From Glaucostegus cemiculus (Eukaryota), in NCBI GenBank assembly GCA_976551045.1, contig CDPCPM010000351.1, positions 1,922,001 to 1,986,000 of the forward strand: a stretch of DNA of 64,000 bases. Direction: 5' to 3'. The position numbers were made by a program, and so were the translations under genes. Below, piece by piece: positions 49,811-62,920 of this stretch. Within the stretch, counting starts at the first letter, position 1, and every line of letters starts with the position of its first letter. The notes under the pieces were generated by a model. That model was not told the DNA's origin, made no database searches, and saw nothing but the letters and a program-made list of their open reading frames with translations.

Positions 49811-50889
49811 TCAAATGCAACTACAAAGCCATAGACTGTCCGTTCAGCTGGAAGCAGTGCCAAGGACTAGGACAGCTAACTGTTCAGCACACACACCCCG
49901 CCTACAACACAACTCACCCATGGCAAGCCCCACCCACATTCATCACACAAAACCCATGCCCGCAACAATCCCCTCCCACTGAACACCCACTTACAACACC
50001 CACCAAGCACAATACTTCCCGTTGCCCCCCTCTCCCCGCCCACAATAGAGCACAGTCCACCTAAAGCAAGACGCACCAGCATTCATCAGCAGTCCACCGA
50101 CAGCACCATCTGCCTGCACCACTTCCTGAGCACACCAGGCCCTGCCATTAACACTGCAGCAGGCTATGCCCATGATACACCTTGCCCACAACACAGACCT
50201 TCAAGCTCGGCTGATAATAGGTCCCACCCACGACACATTCTGTCTACAGTTTCTACACTTCCCACTGCCTCGGGAAAGCAGCCAACATAATCAAGGACCC
50301 CTCCCACCCTGGTTATTCTCTCTCCTCCTCCCTCCCTCCCATCGGGCAGAAGATACAAAAGCTTGAGAACATGTACCAACAGGCTCAAGGATGGCTTCTA
50401 TCCTGCTGTTTTAAGACATATGAATGGACTTCTTGTATGCTAAAAGATGACCTCTTGATCTCCCAATCTACCTGCTCTTTATTTGTCTCCCTGCACTGTA
50501 CTTTCTCTGTGACTATAACACTATATTTTGCATTCTGTTTTCCTTTTTACTACCTCGATGTACTTATGTATGGAATGATCTGTCTGGATGGTGCACAAAC
50601 AAAAGTTTTACACTGTATTTCAGTACATGTGACAATAATAAACCAATTCCAATTCGCTCCATAATTTTGAAATATGTTGTGTCATAGTGTGAAACAGCAC
50701 AGAAACAGGCCCTTCGTCCAACACCAACCATTAATCACCCATTTACACTAATCCTACATTAATCCCACTTTTTACTCTCCCCACATTGCCATCAACTCTC
50801 CCCACCTTCCCATCAATTCTCCCCAGATGGTACCACCCACCTACACACCAGGGGCAGTGTAGGTGTAGGGTAGAAGGAGGCAGTGGCTG

Positions 50890-51330
50890 TACTAGCTCCA
50901 CCACTGGGTCAGTCCTCCCAAGGAGAATTTCTCAGATGAAGACCAAGGAACAGAGTTTCTTGTGGGATCAAAGTCAATGTCTTTGTGTTCTACCCACTGG
51001 AGGAAAGTTTTTTCATTTGCTACAGGATGTAGGGCCAGGGGCAGGAATGTACGAGCAAGTGATGTCATGGAGAGAGCTGCCACCGAGGAAGAGCTGAGTG
51101 TATTTTCCTTAAGAACCAGGTTCCTGACCTGGAGCTGAATGCTCTGTGCGGATACCCGGCCCATTTTGAGCATAGCTTCCCACCTCCACAAGGGCAGAGT
51201 CGCAGTGCCAGATGTTGGGACAGGCCAGCAGCTGCCCGGGGTACTGTCCTCGGCAGCTCACTCCAGAGTGTGTGGTGGGGACAGCGTCCTTGTGCTGAAC
51301 TCTTGCCTCTCTCACTCCAAATTCTCTAGC
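50890..51330 (-). pseudogene. Candidate relic exon: Cys-rich repeat
   Basis: TTTTCCTTGCTAG acceptor; CRGQYPGQLLACP...GSYAQNG; truncated by a SINE at ~50880. Confidence 0.35.
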
Positions 51331-53438
51331 AAGGAAAATGCAAGCTTCAGAGTGTTTGAACGGCTTTTAATGCAAACCCTGAGGCCCCCGTTCCTGCGCT
51401 CTGCATGTCTGACCCCTGCTGAACGTGTGCCAAGTGCAGTCAAGGTTCAGTGATGTCTTTTTAGAGGCCTCTTTAAGGTGGAATTCTTCAGCTGATGATA
51501 ACAAAATGTAACGGGGAATCAAATGTAAATTGGCCTTGGCACACGCAACTTATCTTTGCCGAGGCACAGCTTGTCCTACTTTCAGTTGCTGAAACTATGG
51601 GGAGGAGAGAGATGGTGCTAAGAGATTTGGGAATCCAAGTCCACAAGTCGATAATAGCCAGTGGAAAGATACAAAAAAAAAACAATTATAAAGGTTGATG
51701 GAATGTTTAAGTCCAGCAGGCTGGAACTTAAAGGGCGGGATGTTATCTTGCAGCAGAAGGGAGCTCAGGCGAGATCACACCTCGAGTTACTCCAGAATGG
51801 CATGTGGCATTTAGCTGCAGCTCAGAAACTGGAAGCTCAAACAGAGGAACGGTTCAGTTTGCTTTGCAGGGGAATTTAGTCTAAAACACGAAAATTAGCC
51901 ATCGTTGAATCAATGTCTGCCTCTTGGACTTGGAGGTGGGAAATAGTGTGTGAAGAGCCCAGGTCACTTAGCACCAGTTCACACAGACCCTGGGCCCCAT
52001 CACTTCACTGCCTCTTTTTCAGTGGTAATAAATTTCTTTCCTTGGGAAAAGATGAGGCAGCTTTATCTCACTCCCATCTCTTGACTGCAGCAAAAATCCA
52101 ATAATCCAGCACCCTCATGATTCTGGTAGTGCTGGACTAGGACATTTTCAAGACTATTGGTAATGATAACCAAACATACATTTACAGTATTTCACATTTG
52201 TACACATTGCACCTCATTTTCCAGTGAACTCAGGGAGTTCAAAGGAAGCAGGAAATATCTTAGCACTTCAGACCCCAGCTCGGCTGTAAACCCACCCACA
52301 CTCCTGAGCCCTTGTGACTCCACATTCAGTCACATACCCAGCTTCACAGTCCAGCCTCCAACCTCGGCTGCAGCTCACATTCTGGACTAATGATGGGAAT
52401 CTCATTGAAACCTACTGGAGACTGAAAGGCCTGGATAGAGTGGATGTGGAGAGGATGTTTCCATTAGTAGGAGAGTCTAGGATCTGAGGGCACAGCCGAG
52501 GAATTTCTTCAGCTGGAGGGTGGTGAATCTGGGGAATTTTTTTTGCCACAGAGGCCTGTGGTGTCCAAGTCATTGGGTGTATTTATTCAGAAATTGACAG
52601 GTTCTTGATACGTAAAGCAGTTAAGGGTTACTGGGAGAAGGCAGGAGAATGGGGTTGAAAAGAAAATCAGCCATGATTGAATGGTAGGGCAGACTCAGTG
52701 GGCTGAATGGCCTAATTCTGCTCCTATATCACATGGTGTTATGAGTGAACCAGATGCCAAACCATCAGAAATCCTGAACAATTGGATGCCAGATTTGAAA
52801 TTCAGTTGGATTCCACAAGGAAAGACTTTCCTGCATTAAATATTAGGAATATGGAAGCTAATGCTTTCATCCCATCTCCCAATTTCCATCCCACAGTCAC
52901 TGAATGCATCCCCCACCTTGGTTACTTCCCCATATTCTTATAACCTTTTGAGATGTTTCTTGAATCTGTCTGCTCGCTAGTAATGATTGGATTCCCACAT
53001 CATTTTGTTCCGTCTTTCCTGTGTGTATTAAGAGTTTGTCCTTCAAGAAAGCTGTATTGCCTGGGAAGAGATCAGCACCAGAAAGATAACAGGAGCACCA
53101 AAGGTTGAATTAGGTTGCACAAGCAAGGCTGTCCTCAGAAGTTTAGAAGGTTGAAGGGTGACCAAGGTGACAGTTAATAAACTCACTGGCTGTAAAGTGC
53201 TTTGGGATGTCCTGAAGGGTGCTAAATAAATGCAACTCTTCATTAAGCTTCCTGCTTTAGGAAAAGATTTGATGCCTGAGGCATCAACAGATGGTAGAAG
53301 CAATCATGAGGAGAGGATCAAAGTTAGAGCCAGACCATTTCATAGGGAAACCTGGAAGCACTTTTTCCACATAGACAGCCTCAGAAAACTGGCTTCAGTG
53401 CCCCAGATATCGAGAGATCGGCTGGGTTAAGTTCAGAA

Positions 53439-53825
53439 TGTCACAATGTTGATTGAAGAGAAAGCTCACAGAGACCCCAAATGCAGTACACTGGTACAAG
53501 CCTGGAGTCAGGATACTTCCTCAGGACCAGACACAGGAAGGAATCTTGTCTCAGATATCTGAGTAGTAAGCCCAAAACAAACTGAATCTTCAAGCAGGAA
53601 TAGAGAACACAGGACTGCTCTAGCAGAGACCACGCTAAGCAGCTAGGAGCCAAAAGTTGACCAATCCTCTGGTAACTAGTGCTAGAGAAACCCAGGTACT
53701 TATGCTAGGCCCCTGATGGGGCTCAGGTGTGTGTCATTGTGCAATCAGTCCAGCATGGAATCCATGTGCTGTACAGTGAGGCATCCAAGGAGCCAAATCA
53801 AGGGCTGGTACTCAGAATCATGACA
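53439..53825. mobile_element. Solo LTR, same family as 2088-2484
   Basis: TGTCA...TGACA termini; 5-bp TSD CAGAA (53434-38 and 53826-30); aligns with the first copy along its length. Confidence 0.85.
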
Positions 53826-54003
53826 CAGAAGGTAACTAGGTGTGGGGAGCATAGGCAGGCAAGGGAGTTCGAGCTGCGACCTGATTAAATGGTGGGGCAG
53901 AGCTGAGGGTACACGGTCTGAGGAGACCAGCACATGGTGCATCTGTAAACAGCTAGTGTGTGGTGGTGCAGATTTTAACAATGGCTTTGTCTTGTAATCC
54001 AAG

Positions 54004-54149
54004 TGGTGCAGAGCAGGGGAGTGCGTCAGCAAAACGCCAATCCCCGAGCACGTGGACGGCGACTGGAGCAGCTGGAGCCAGTGGAGTATGTGCAGCCGGA
54101 CCTGTGGAACCGGAGCCAGGTTCAGGCAGAGAAAGTGCGACAACCCTCC
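54004..54149 (+). CDS. ADAMTS17: ADAMTS17 internal coding exon (end of disintegrin-like domain and central thrombospondin type-1 repeat)
   Basis: AAG acceptor, GTAAGT donor at 54150; 146 nt. Translates [48 protein letters not shown] with the TSR motifs WxxWxxW and CSRTCG; ends in phase 2. Confidence 0.96.
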
Positions 54150-54699
54150 GTAAGTTGATTCCACCACAAAGTGCTGCTGTGACTTATTGCTGGGCTGCGT
54201 GAGTAGGAGATGGCTGCCCTGGGTGAGGTGCATATGGGAACCCTGAGCCCAGGGCACATGGAGCTAATGCTTCCGTATTCAAACCAGTTGCAATGCAGGA
54301 AGCTCCTCCTCCATTTCAATCGTTGTGTAAAACAAAGAATTAGTCCAAGATGATCGAATTGCCCTGCACCTTTTTGTCTACCTGTTCTGCACTTTTTCTT
54401 TAACTGTAACACTACATTCTGCATTCTGTATTCTTTCCCTTTTGGACTACCTCAATGTACTGATATATGGAATGATCGGTATGGATGACAGGCAAACAAA
54501 AGCTTTTCACTATATCTCAGTATGGTGATAATAATAAACCAATTACCAAAGGTTTGATTAAAAGATCAAGGTTTGATTCGTCACATTGTGAATTTAAATT
54601 CTATTTCTGGTAATCTATATCAGCACCCTTCCCCTTCCCCTCCCAATGAGGTGGAATTTTTGTGGGGTGGGAGTGTGCTGAGCAGGGAGGAAGACCCCG

Positions 54700-54945
54700 G
54701 CTGTTAGTTTCCACAGCAGGGAAAGCTGCATTTCCCATCGTATCCCCTGCATATCTCAGTCATCAGTAGCCGGACGGCAGCATCGATGATGGGGCTTTGG
54801 CTAGAGGTGTGGAGCCTGCAGCACAGGGCACTGTATCAGCCGAAGACGGGCAGGGGACGTGGACAAGGAACGTGATGTCCCTGAGAGAATGGTCGGGTCT
54901 TCAGTGCTGGCCTGAATCCAGGAGTTCTGGAGGAGAGGGGTTTCT
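54700..54945 (-). pseudogene. Relic exon: GCC2/GCC3-like repeat
   Basis: CCATTACAG acceptor; VPCPSSADTVPCAAGSTPLAKAPSSMLPSGY, resembling CP.....PC.AGSY......C..CPSGY. Confidence 0.45.
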
Positions 54946-56417
54946 GTAATGGAGGCTACACAGGAAGTCACCTCATGCAAAGGCTCCACAAAGAGTTGAT
55001 CACCAAGTAGATGCTGATATTGGTATTAGTTTATTATTGTCACTTGTACCGAGGTACAGTGTAAAGCTTGTCTTACAAACCGATCATACAGGTCAATTCA
55101 TTACACAGTGCAGTTACATTGAGTTAGTACAGAGGGCATTGATATAGTACAGGTAAAAACAATAACAGTACATTCCACTCTATTGCCATGTAGAGCTACA
55201 GACTGTCTCTAAACCCGCACCTATGCCACAGACTGTGCATAAACCCACTCATACACTACAGACTGTCTATAAACTTGTACATACACTGCAGAATGTGTAT
55301 AAACATCTGTAGGTCCTACAGACTGTCTGTAAATGTGTATTTGCTCCTGGACAGTCTCTCCCTGTAATCAGGCTCTGTGAGCTTTCCCGATTTAGACATC
55401 AGCACAATCAGAGGGAAGCCAGTACTGTTGCAAGACTCCCAGTGTGTTTGCTCTATGCTGTTTGTATAAGCTTCTTGGGAATGAGGAGATTGATGTTTCT
55501 GATGTACCTCTGGCTGTCACCATCTGATGTATTCCTTCATTCTTTGGCTCCCCATCAGTGGGTGCATGTTGATCTGGAAGGAGTGCTGTGCAGATTCACC
55601 AGAATGATTCTGGTCCTAAAGAGATTCTTCATCCATACATCCAGTTATTTTTACTGCCCCTCTGATAGTTTAGAGCCCATAACATTTTGATGCTCAGTGA
55701 GTCCATATCTCCCTGTTTCTCAGGGTAGTCCTCCCTTTGTACTGTACTCTTACAGTGAAGCACTGCTTTGTGTAGAACCTCCGATGGTGCGGTGTTCCCA
55801 CTATAATATCTCTGAAGGTGCAGTGCTCAAACTGTACTGTCCCCCAGTACTATTGAGCTCCCTGAGTACCTTCATTCAGAACTAAGGGAAATCCAGTGTC
55901 CCAGATGTAAGACAGTGAATAACCCCATTGCATTCAGATTCAGCAGTAAATCCAAAGCTGGGGAAAATTCAGTGTACTGCTCTCAAAAGTTACGTTGAGC
56001 AATTTCTTTGGGTTGCCCCCTCTTTTAACACCCTCCTTTACTGGGAACTAATTATTTTGTTGTCATTATTTACCTTTTATGTTTTATTCCCCTGGAAGCT
56101 TTACCCATGCCATTGCATTAGAGAGGGTGCAGAGGAGATTCACCAGGATGTGCCTGGGATGCAGTGTTTCAGTTATGAGGAGAGACTGGATAAGGCTGAG
56201 TTTGTTGTCCTTACAATGGAGGCAGCTGAGGGGGAAACTGGCTGAGTTCCAGGAAATTATCAGGGGTGTAATGAAGGTACATGATGAGAAACCTTTCCCC
56301 TTAGTAGAGGGGTCTAATACAAGAGGGCAGAGATTTGTAGTCAGGGGGAGACCTAGAGAGGATTTAAGGCAGTTCTTTTTTCACACAGAAGGTGGTTGAA
56401 ATCTGGTGCATGCTACC

Positions 56418-56570
56418 AGAGGGGGTAGTGGTGGAGGGAGGGGGTAGTGGTGGAGGGAGGGGGTAGTGGTGGAAGGAGGAGGAGGTTGGTGGTGGGAGGG
56501 GGTGGTTGGTGGTGGTAGGGTTGGAGGGAGGGGGGGGTTGGTGGAGGAGGGGTAGAGGGAGGGTGGAGGC
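56418..56570 (+). repeat. G-rich low-complexity expansion inside a CR1 3' end
   Basis: GGAGGGGGTAGTGGT-type repeats expanded at the CR1 site gtggtggaggcag. Confidence 0.8.
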
Positions 56571-57176
56571 AGAGGCAGTCACAACATTGAAGAAGTGTTT
56601 AGATGCACGTTTGAAATGCATGGCATAGAGAGGCTTAGAAAAAGGGATTAGCGTAGATAAGTAACTGACAGCTAGCACGGACATTTCGGGCCAAAGGGCC
56701 TGATTCCTTGCTGTATGACTCTATGTCTCTTTCATTATGTATCAGTTTGGTTATGATTTCTCCCCTTTTGAATATGAAATCTGGAGAAGTGATTGCCCCG
56801 TCCAACAGGAATTAACAGACTCGTGTCAACGTCTGCCTCTGGTATTAGGTGAGCCACACATCAGAAACCCATGCAGAGCGCTGAAATGTAGATTTGGTTT
56901 TTAAATTATTGATGGTAAGAGAGAGCAGTTACTAAATGACCACTGATTTTTAATATTTGGTTTAATAGAAAGTGGCAAAAAATGGAATTAATGTAGGGTA
57001 AGTGTAAATGGATGATTGATGGTCAGCATGGGCTTGGTGGGCCGAAGGGCCTGTTTCTGTGCTGTATCTCTCTATGAGCTTGACATAGTGGAGAAGGTGA
57101 TTGAGTGGTGCATGACCATTTACCTGTGTCTGATTAATCATGGGTTTGATGTTGCTTTGTACCTTGTACTTCCTAG

Positions 57177-57343
57177 TCCAGGTCCAGGAGGAACAAACTG
57201 CCTGGGAGCCAATGTGGAGCATAAGGTGTGTGAGAATATACACTGTACCAAAGGACTGCCCAACTTCAGAGATCAGCAGTGCCAGTCCCAAGACAGACAA
57301 GGTCAAAAGAAGAGAAAACACTGGACTGCAGTCCTCAATGATG
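57177..57343 (+). CDS. ADAMTS17: ADAMTS17 internal coding exon (end of TSR1, start of Cys-rich domain)
   Basis: TAG acceptor, GTGAGC donor at 57344; 167 nt, starts in phase 2 matching the previous exon. Translates [55 protein letters not shown]. Confidence 0.95.
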
Positions 57344-59649
57344 GTGAGCGCATGTTAAACCACTTGTCTACTGAATAAAGTCCATGCACAGCTACAGGTT
57401 ATTGATGAAAAGGCTGTTTAACTTTTAGGTTTGTTTCTCTGCAAATTGCTGAAGATACATTAAATTGCATGTTACTTCGAATCACCGCCACATCATGACT
57501 GTGTCTCGACACACTTCACGGACACTGATGTGCTTTCGGGGCACAGTCACTGTTGCCTTGTGGGCATATGCTGTTGCTAATTTGTACAGAGCAATGTATG
57601 ACAGAGTCATGGGACGATCAACCAGACGCATTCTATTTTGGTGGTGGCGGCATTTGAAGGAGGAATGCCTATTAGGATATGGAGAAAACCCTCCTCCTTT
57701 TTAATAGTGTGATGGGATCATTTGTATTTACTCAAACAGATTAATGAAATCCAAAAACTTTGGATAATGTGGCACCCACTTGTGCCCTGAAGTGGTGCTT
57801 GAATTAAGATCACGCAAGTTGTAGATAAGGGTCAACTGCACCAAATGGTCTCAGTTACGTAGTACATACCAAGTGATATATCAAAATGTGCAAAGTGGCC
57901 ACACTGTCCAAAAGTTTTCCATCCACAGGAGGGATAGAGACATAGAACACTGTGAGATTCCAATGTGTGAAGCAGCAGTTAAAGCAATAAAGGAGAATCT
58001 ATCTTTGGAAGAAGGATTCTATCCTATCTCTGCACCCAGCAGAAGGTCTCCTCTCAAGCAGGTTTTGCTTGCAGATACCTTTTGCAGTTTGCAACCCCTG
58101 TGTTTTATTAAATGACACTAATCTAATGTCAAATGTGGATATCTGTGATGGTGAGAAGACATATTTGCAGATGTAATATAAAAATAATTGACAAAGTGAG
58201 AAGCGGTTGATAACAAGTCATAAATTATGCCAAGCATTTGTAAAACGTGGAAGGTTCTTTTAGTATGTAAGCCATACAGCAATTCAGAATCTAGCTTACT
58301 GTGCTTTCACTGCAAAGCCTCAAGGCATCCAAGTATATGAGTAGTGTTTTCATCTTTGCTGGAAAGCAGTGAGGATTGTTCTGAGAGGCCATTGTAGACT
58401 TCCACAGGTCGTTGGACTCCAATTAATCATCCGCACAATGGCAAACGTTCATTATATTGAGCCTCTCAAGTCTGTTAAAGCACTAAATAAGGCAATGAAT
58501 AAAGGTTGATTCCACACCTTACATCGATTCTCCCACCCATCCCCAGACCCCTGACCTTCAGAGCCTTGAGATATCTTTCATTGTCTTCAATATTCCCAAT
58601 GACTCATGTTCCACAGACCTCTGTAAAGAATGCATCCCCACTCAGCACCATTTCACAGTCCTACATTAAGCATTTTGGGGTCACAATGTTGATAGGATGG
58701 AAAACAATCACATTATGGGCTTGTGAGTAACTCAGGAACAAACATAATATAGCTCAAGAACCCACAGAATATTGCAAGGAATACATTAGCTAAACAAAGA
58801 ATACCTTCTGGGAACAGCAGGACACATTGGACTGTTGTACAGTTGTATAGGGTGGGAGAGTGAGGCAGCAAGTCCAGCAACTTGGTTTTAGTTCTGTCTG
58901 TGTGGAGTTTGCACGTTCTCTTTGTGACTGTGAGAATGTGCAAACTCCGCACAGTTCCCCTGGGCCGTCCAGTTTCCTTTCACATCCCAAAGATGTGTTG
59001 ATTGGTCAATTAATTGATAAATTACCCCTAGTGTAGGTAGGTGGCAGAAGATTTCGGGTGAGTTGATGACCATTTGTGAGAGAATAGGTTACAGGAAAGT
59101 AACTGGGGGAATAGAATTGAGAGCTAGCATAGAGTACATGGGCCAAACAGTCTCCTTCTATATTGTAAGGAAATATGAGAGTCTGATATGAGAATGCGGG
59201 TATCAGAAAGTCATTTACAGATGTTATACCAACTGAAACTGTTGTTGCTTGGAACTCTAACTTGCTATCGAGAAATGCTATCTGGATCACTGTAGGAGAA
59301 AGAGGGTGTTTGATGACTTTCGACAAAAATAGATTTCAGAGTCATAGAGTCTTGGAGAACAGAAACAGGCTCTTTGTTCCACTCTGTCCATGCCAACTAT
59401 CAAGCCCCCATCTATAGTAATTCAATTTACCAGCACTTGGTCCGTGACCTTCCACGCCTGAGTGATTCAAGCCCTTGTCTGGATACCCAAGTGCTGTGAC
59501 AGTCTTTGCTTCCACCAACCCCTCAGGCAGTACGTTCCAGATTCCAACCACTCTCTGGGTAAAATTATTCTTCCTCAGATCCCCGCTAAGCTTCTTACTC
59601 TTTAGTCTAAACCTATTCCTTCTAGCTTTAGACATGTCACATTAGATTC

Positions 59650-60290
59650 TTCTACAGGAACGGGGTGTCAACGTTCATGTGCCAAGAGATGAGACAGAAA
59701 TAGCCCCTTTGCAATAGCACATAGCGGAGTGCCTGGAACTCCACACTTGGTTTGCTTCCAGTAGATTGTACACCATCGACTTACCAATGGGAGGAAGGAA
59801 CAAATAATGGTACTTCAGCACTGGATCTTAAGACTAATATCTTCTCAAATGTGTGACATAATGGAAAGAACAATTTTCTCTCTTTATTAAGTTGGCAGTA
59901 GCTAATATAGAGGAGAAAACAAAAGTGAAGTTGTTGTTTCTGGCTGGTCACCAAGGTCTGGGGGATGGCCCAGAACGAGCTCTCATGAACAGTTAGACTG
60001 AGCAGCGACACGCTGGAAGAGGTTTTCAAAGCCTTTAAGAATTACAGCAATCCTCCACACAGTGAGACAGTGGACAGACCTTGCAGAGTGTCAAACCCTG
60101 CAGGATTTTAGAACTGCCCTAAGCCAGAGTTGGTGAGTTGGACATTGTGGCGTAGATGGGGAATGGGGTCCCAACAGTGAGTCCTGGTTTTCTTTCCAGA
60201 GCCCACACTGAAAGTGTGGACCAAGCTGTCCTGGACTTCTCTCCAACCATCCTGGCTGCGCCCATCTTTCCCACATCTATAATGCTGCCA
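59650..60290 (-). pseudogene. Relic exons: GCC2/GCC3-like repeats
   Basis: GSSKILQGLTLCKVCPLSHC (~60060-60118) and QRGYFC (~59695-59712). Confidence 0.45.
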
Positions 60291-62722
60291 GCTGCGTGCA
60301 CTGTGTACCAGAGCTGTGTCAGTGACTCGGGTTTGATCCTGACCTCTGGTGCTGTACATGTGGAGCTTGCATCTTCTCCCTGTGACCATGTGGGCTTTGT
60401 CTGGGTGCCTCAGTTTCCTTCCAGCTGCAGGTTGGTAGATTCATTAGCTACTGTAACATTACACCCAGCGCAGGTGGCTGTTGGAAGAATCGGTGGATGT
60501 GGGGGGTGGGAGGGGTGTTAATGGGTATGTGAGTGAGAATAGGTTACAGGGAAATAAATGAGGGAATGGGATTATTGGGATTGCTGTGTGAGCAGGCATC
60601 GGTTCAAAGGGTTGAATAGCCTCCTTCCATGTCATAAGAGATATCAGCAGACACCCAACTGACTTGACACCTATCCAAATGTGTCCTAGATATACAACTA
60701 GCCAAATTAATGAGACCCTGTAGTTAAAGTTGCTGCCTGTTTATGATGCAAATGACATTGCTTCCAGGGCTTAACTGCTACATGAGCTTTGGTCGTGTCT
60801 GGAAGCTAGCTGAGCGCAGTGCATTCACCGAGAGCAGCTTCCTATCATCGGGGAACCCTGGTGTTTGCGGCATGAAGCATATGTTGTGTGTGACCAGGGA
60901 TGGAAAGCTTTGCAGATATTACTAGCAGTGAATAAATAGCCGAGGAAACTGTCTGCACCATGAGGAATGAGCAGCTTGGCAGCTTCAGCCCTTTTTGTTT
61001 AACTTCTTCTCCGATCTTCATTTCATTCCAACTAAATTAGTTTCCACATTTTTTCTAAAGTTCTCAAACCCCACATGTGCAAACAAGACAGATTGGTAAT
61101 CTGCAATTTGAGATGAATATGCCATATTCATTTTTCCTAACACTTTTCCCAAGTGTTATACAAGAGAAAAACCTCTTGTTATTTGTAAACTTTTCACAGG
61201 CTGGAAAGAAAGATGGAACTCTCTCTCACTTGCTTGGAAAAGATGCTGGAGAGCTGCCAGTGTGGAAGCTTGAAGCCCTGACCCAGGGCTTGCCAAGTAG
61301 TCCCTTCCTAGAAACTTGAATAAATTAAATTTCACTTGGCACAAGTGGTGATGGGGAAGTTAGGGAGGGGAAGGTATAATTTTCACTTTCCCCACTCTTT
61401 GAAATCAATGAAAATAAAAATGAATCCAGAACAAGCAGCTGATCTTCAATTTATTAGCATGCATGTAGATAAAAATCACCCACCTAAAACCATGAAACAA
61501 AATAGCTGGCATGAGTTTGTAGGCTGTAAATTCTGTGTAATTCTGTGCAAAGTGCAGCTTCTAATGGGATTAAATTGAAGGCAGGAAACAGTGTACAATC
61601 TGAGGGAAAGAATCTAGTGGGTTTCAGAGAATTATTATTTAGGACGTACAGTGGAATCTGACATGCCTGTTCCAGTCAAGGTGAGGGCTTTCATCGGCTG
61701 AACGGCTCCTCTCATCACTGACTGTTCTTATGAAGAATTAGCGATGAAAATCAAACAGTGGTATGCTGCAAACTGGCCAGTTGCTTGGTGGTAAAAGCTT
61801 ATTAAAACTGGAAAGTTGGCAATTGGAGTTTCCAGCCCTGACTCTGCACAATAACATGTATAAAAAGCTAGTGTGCAGCCAAGTCTAGAGGGACTGAGAC
61901 TTGGCCGTTCTTAGTCAAAGCAAAAGCTCAGGTATGCTAGCACATTGAGTTAGCTCTCCTTTCCAAATACAGTGCTATTGAGATTGGCCCACAGTAACAT
62001 AACTGGCACTCACCTACGTTTTTCCCGGGCCAATTCCATTCCTTATTACAAATGAGTTTTTATTCTTCAGTCATCTGGTCAATTTATATTGGAAGTTAGA
62101 GGAGTGGAGGGACTGTCGTGGCAAAATTGGGCAGCTGCTAAATCCATGCCTTAACAGCACACAAGGAGGAGAGGGAACCGTGTGTTCTTTACGACAAATC
62201 TGAACTTAGTGACTGAACAGGCTGCGCCTTTCCCTGATTTAGCAGAGAGTGTAATACTTGCCATATTTTCTGTGTGTGCAGAATGATGAATCACATCTTG
62301 CAGTTTACATCCTGCGTTGCCAAAGATTTATTTTGAAGTCAATAATGTGTGATAGTGAAATGAATTACTGAACTTTGTTTCGTTGCAAGTGACGTGGAAG
62401 GATTTAAAAAAAGATCTCTGTGTTGGACTTCCCTTCTTGCTTCATGCTGGAGAGACCTAGACTCTGATACACTCTTGTTTTAGGACATCCCTTCCAAATT
62501 AAACATTTGTATCCCTCTTAAGTCTCGAGTCTCATGGACTGCCGAACGTATCATTCTGATAAAACTGGTAAACAGTGTAGAAATTGGCGGGTCTCTCCAA
62601 CACCGTTCGATGCACAGGAAAAGAAGGATGGAAATTCAATCCATATCCCCTTGCTGACAGTTCATGTCCCTAGATACAGGCAAGAGATGTTAAGAATACT
62701 GTACTCAGAACCAATTTCTTAC

Positions 62723-62920
62723 CAAGTGCAATGTTACCGAATGCAGTGGGCAGGAGTTACCTATAATGGGCTCATTGTGTACAGGCAGAGGTGCAATGTT
62801 GAAAGACTAACTTGCAAGCTCCACTCTTGTATTACCCAGAAAGTGATGTTATACATCCCCTGAAGGCACATCAGCATCCATTGTGTGAGTGGATGGACTG
62901 CAATAGACATTTTCCTTGTA
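62723..62920 (-). pseudogene. Candidate relic exon: GCC2/GCC3-like repeat
   Basis: MCLQGMYNI and IGNSCP in different frames; ends at a TTG|GTAAGA donor. Confidence 0.35.

Larger units (their letters stand above)
146..62920 (-). pseudogene. Putative decayed giant multidomain thrombospondin-superfamily gene (GCC2/GCC3 repeats-LRR-Ig-EGF-TSP; mega-thrombospondin-like), antisense to and interleaved with ADAMTS17; probably extends beyond both window ends
   Basis: Many non-repetitive islands, several with minus-strand splice signals, give recognisable but frameshifted or stop-interrupted motifs in a colinear domain order. Assignment is by eye. It may be more than one gene. Confidence 0.55.

Noticed and set aside
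5580-57343. ADAMTS19 as the identity of the plus-strand gene
   Set aside because: The peptides [37 protein letters not shown] and [14 protein letters not shown] match ADAMTS17 as recalled, not ADAMTS19.
57016-57378. 120-aa ORF as a standalone gene
   Set aside because: Only 57177-57343 is exon; the upstream part is SINE tail and intron read-through.
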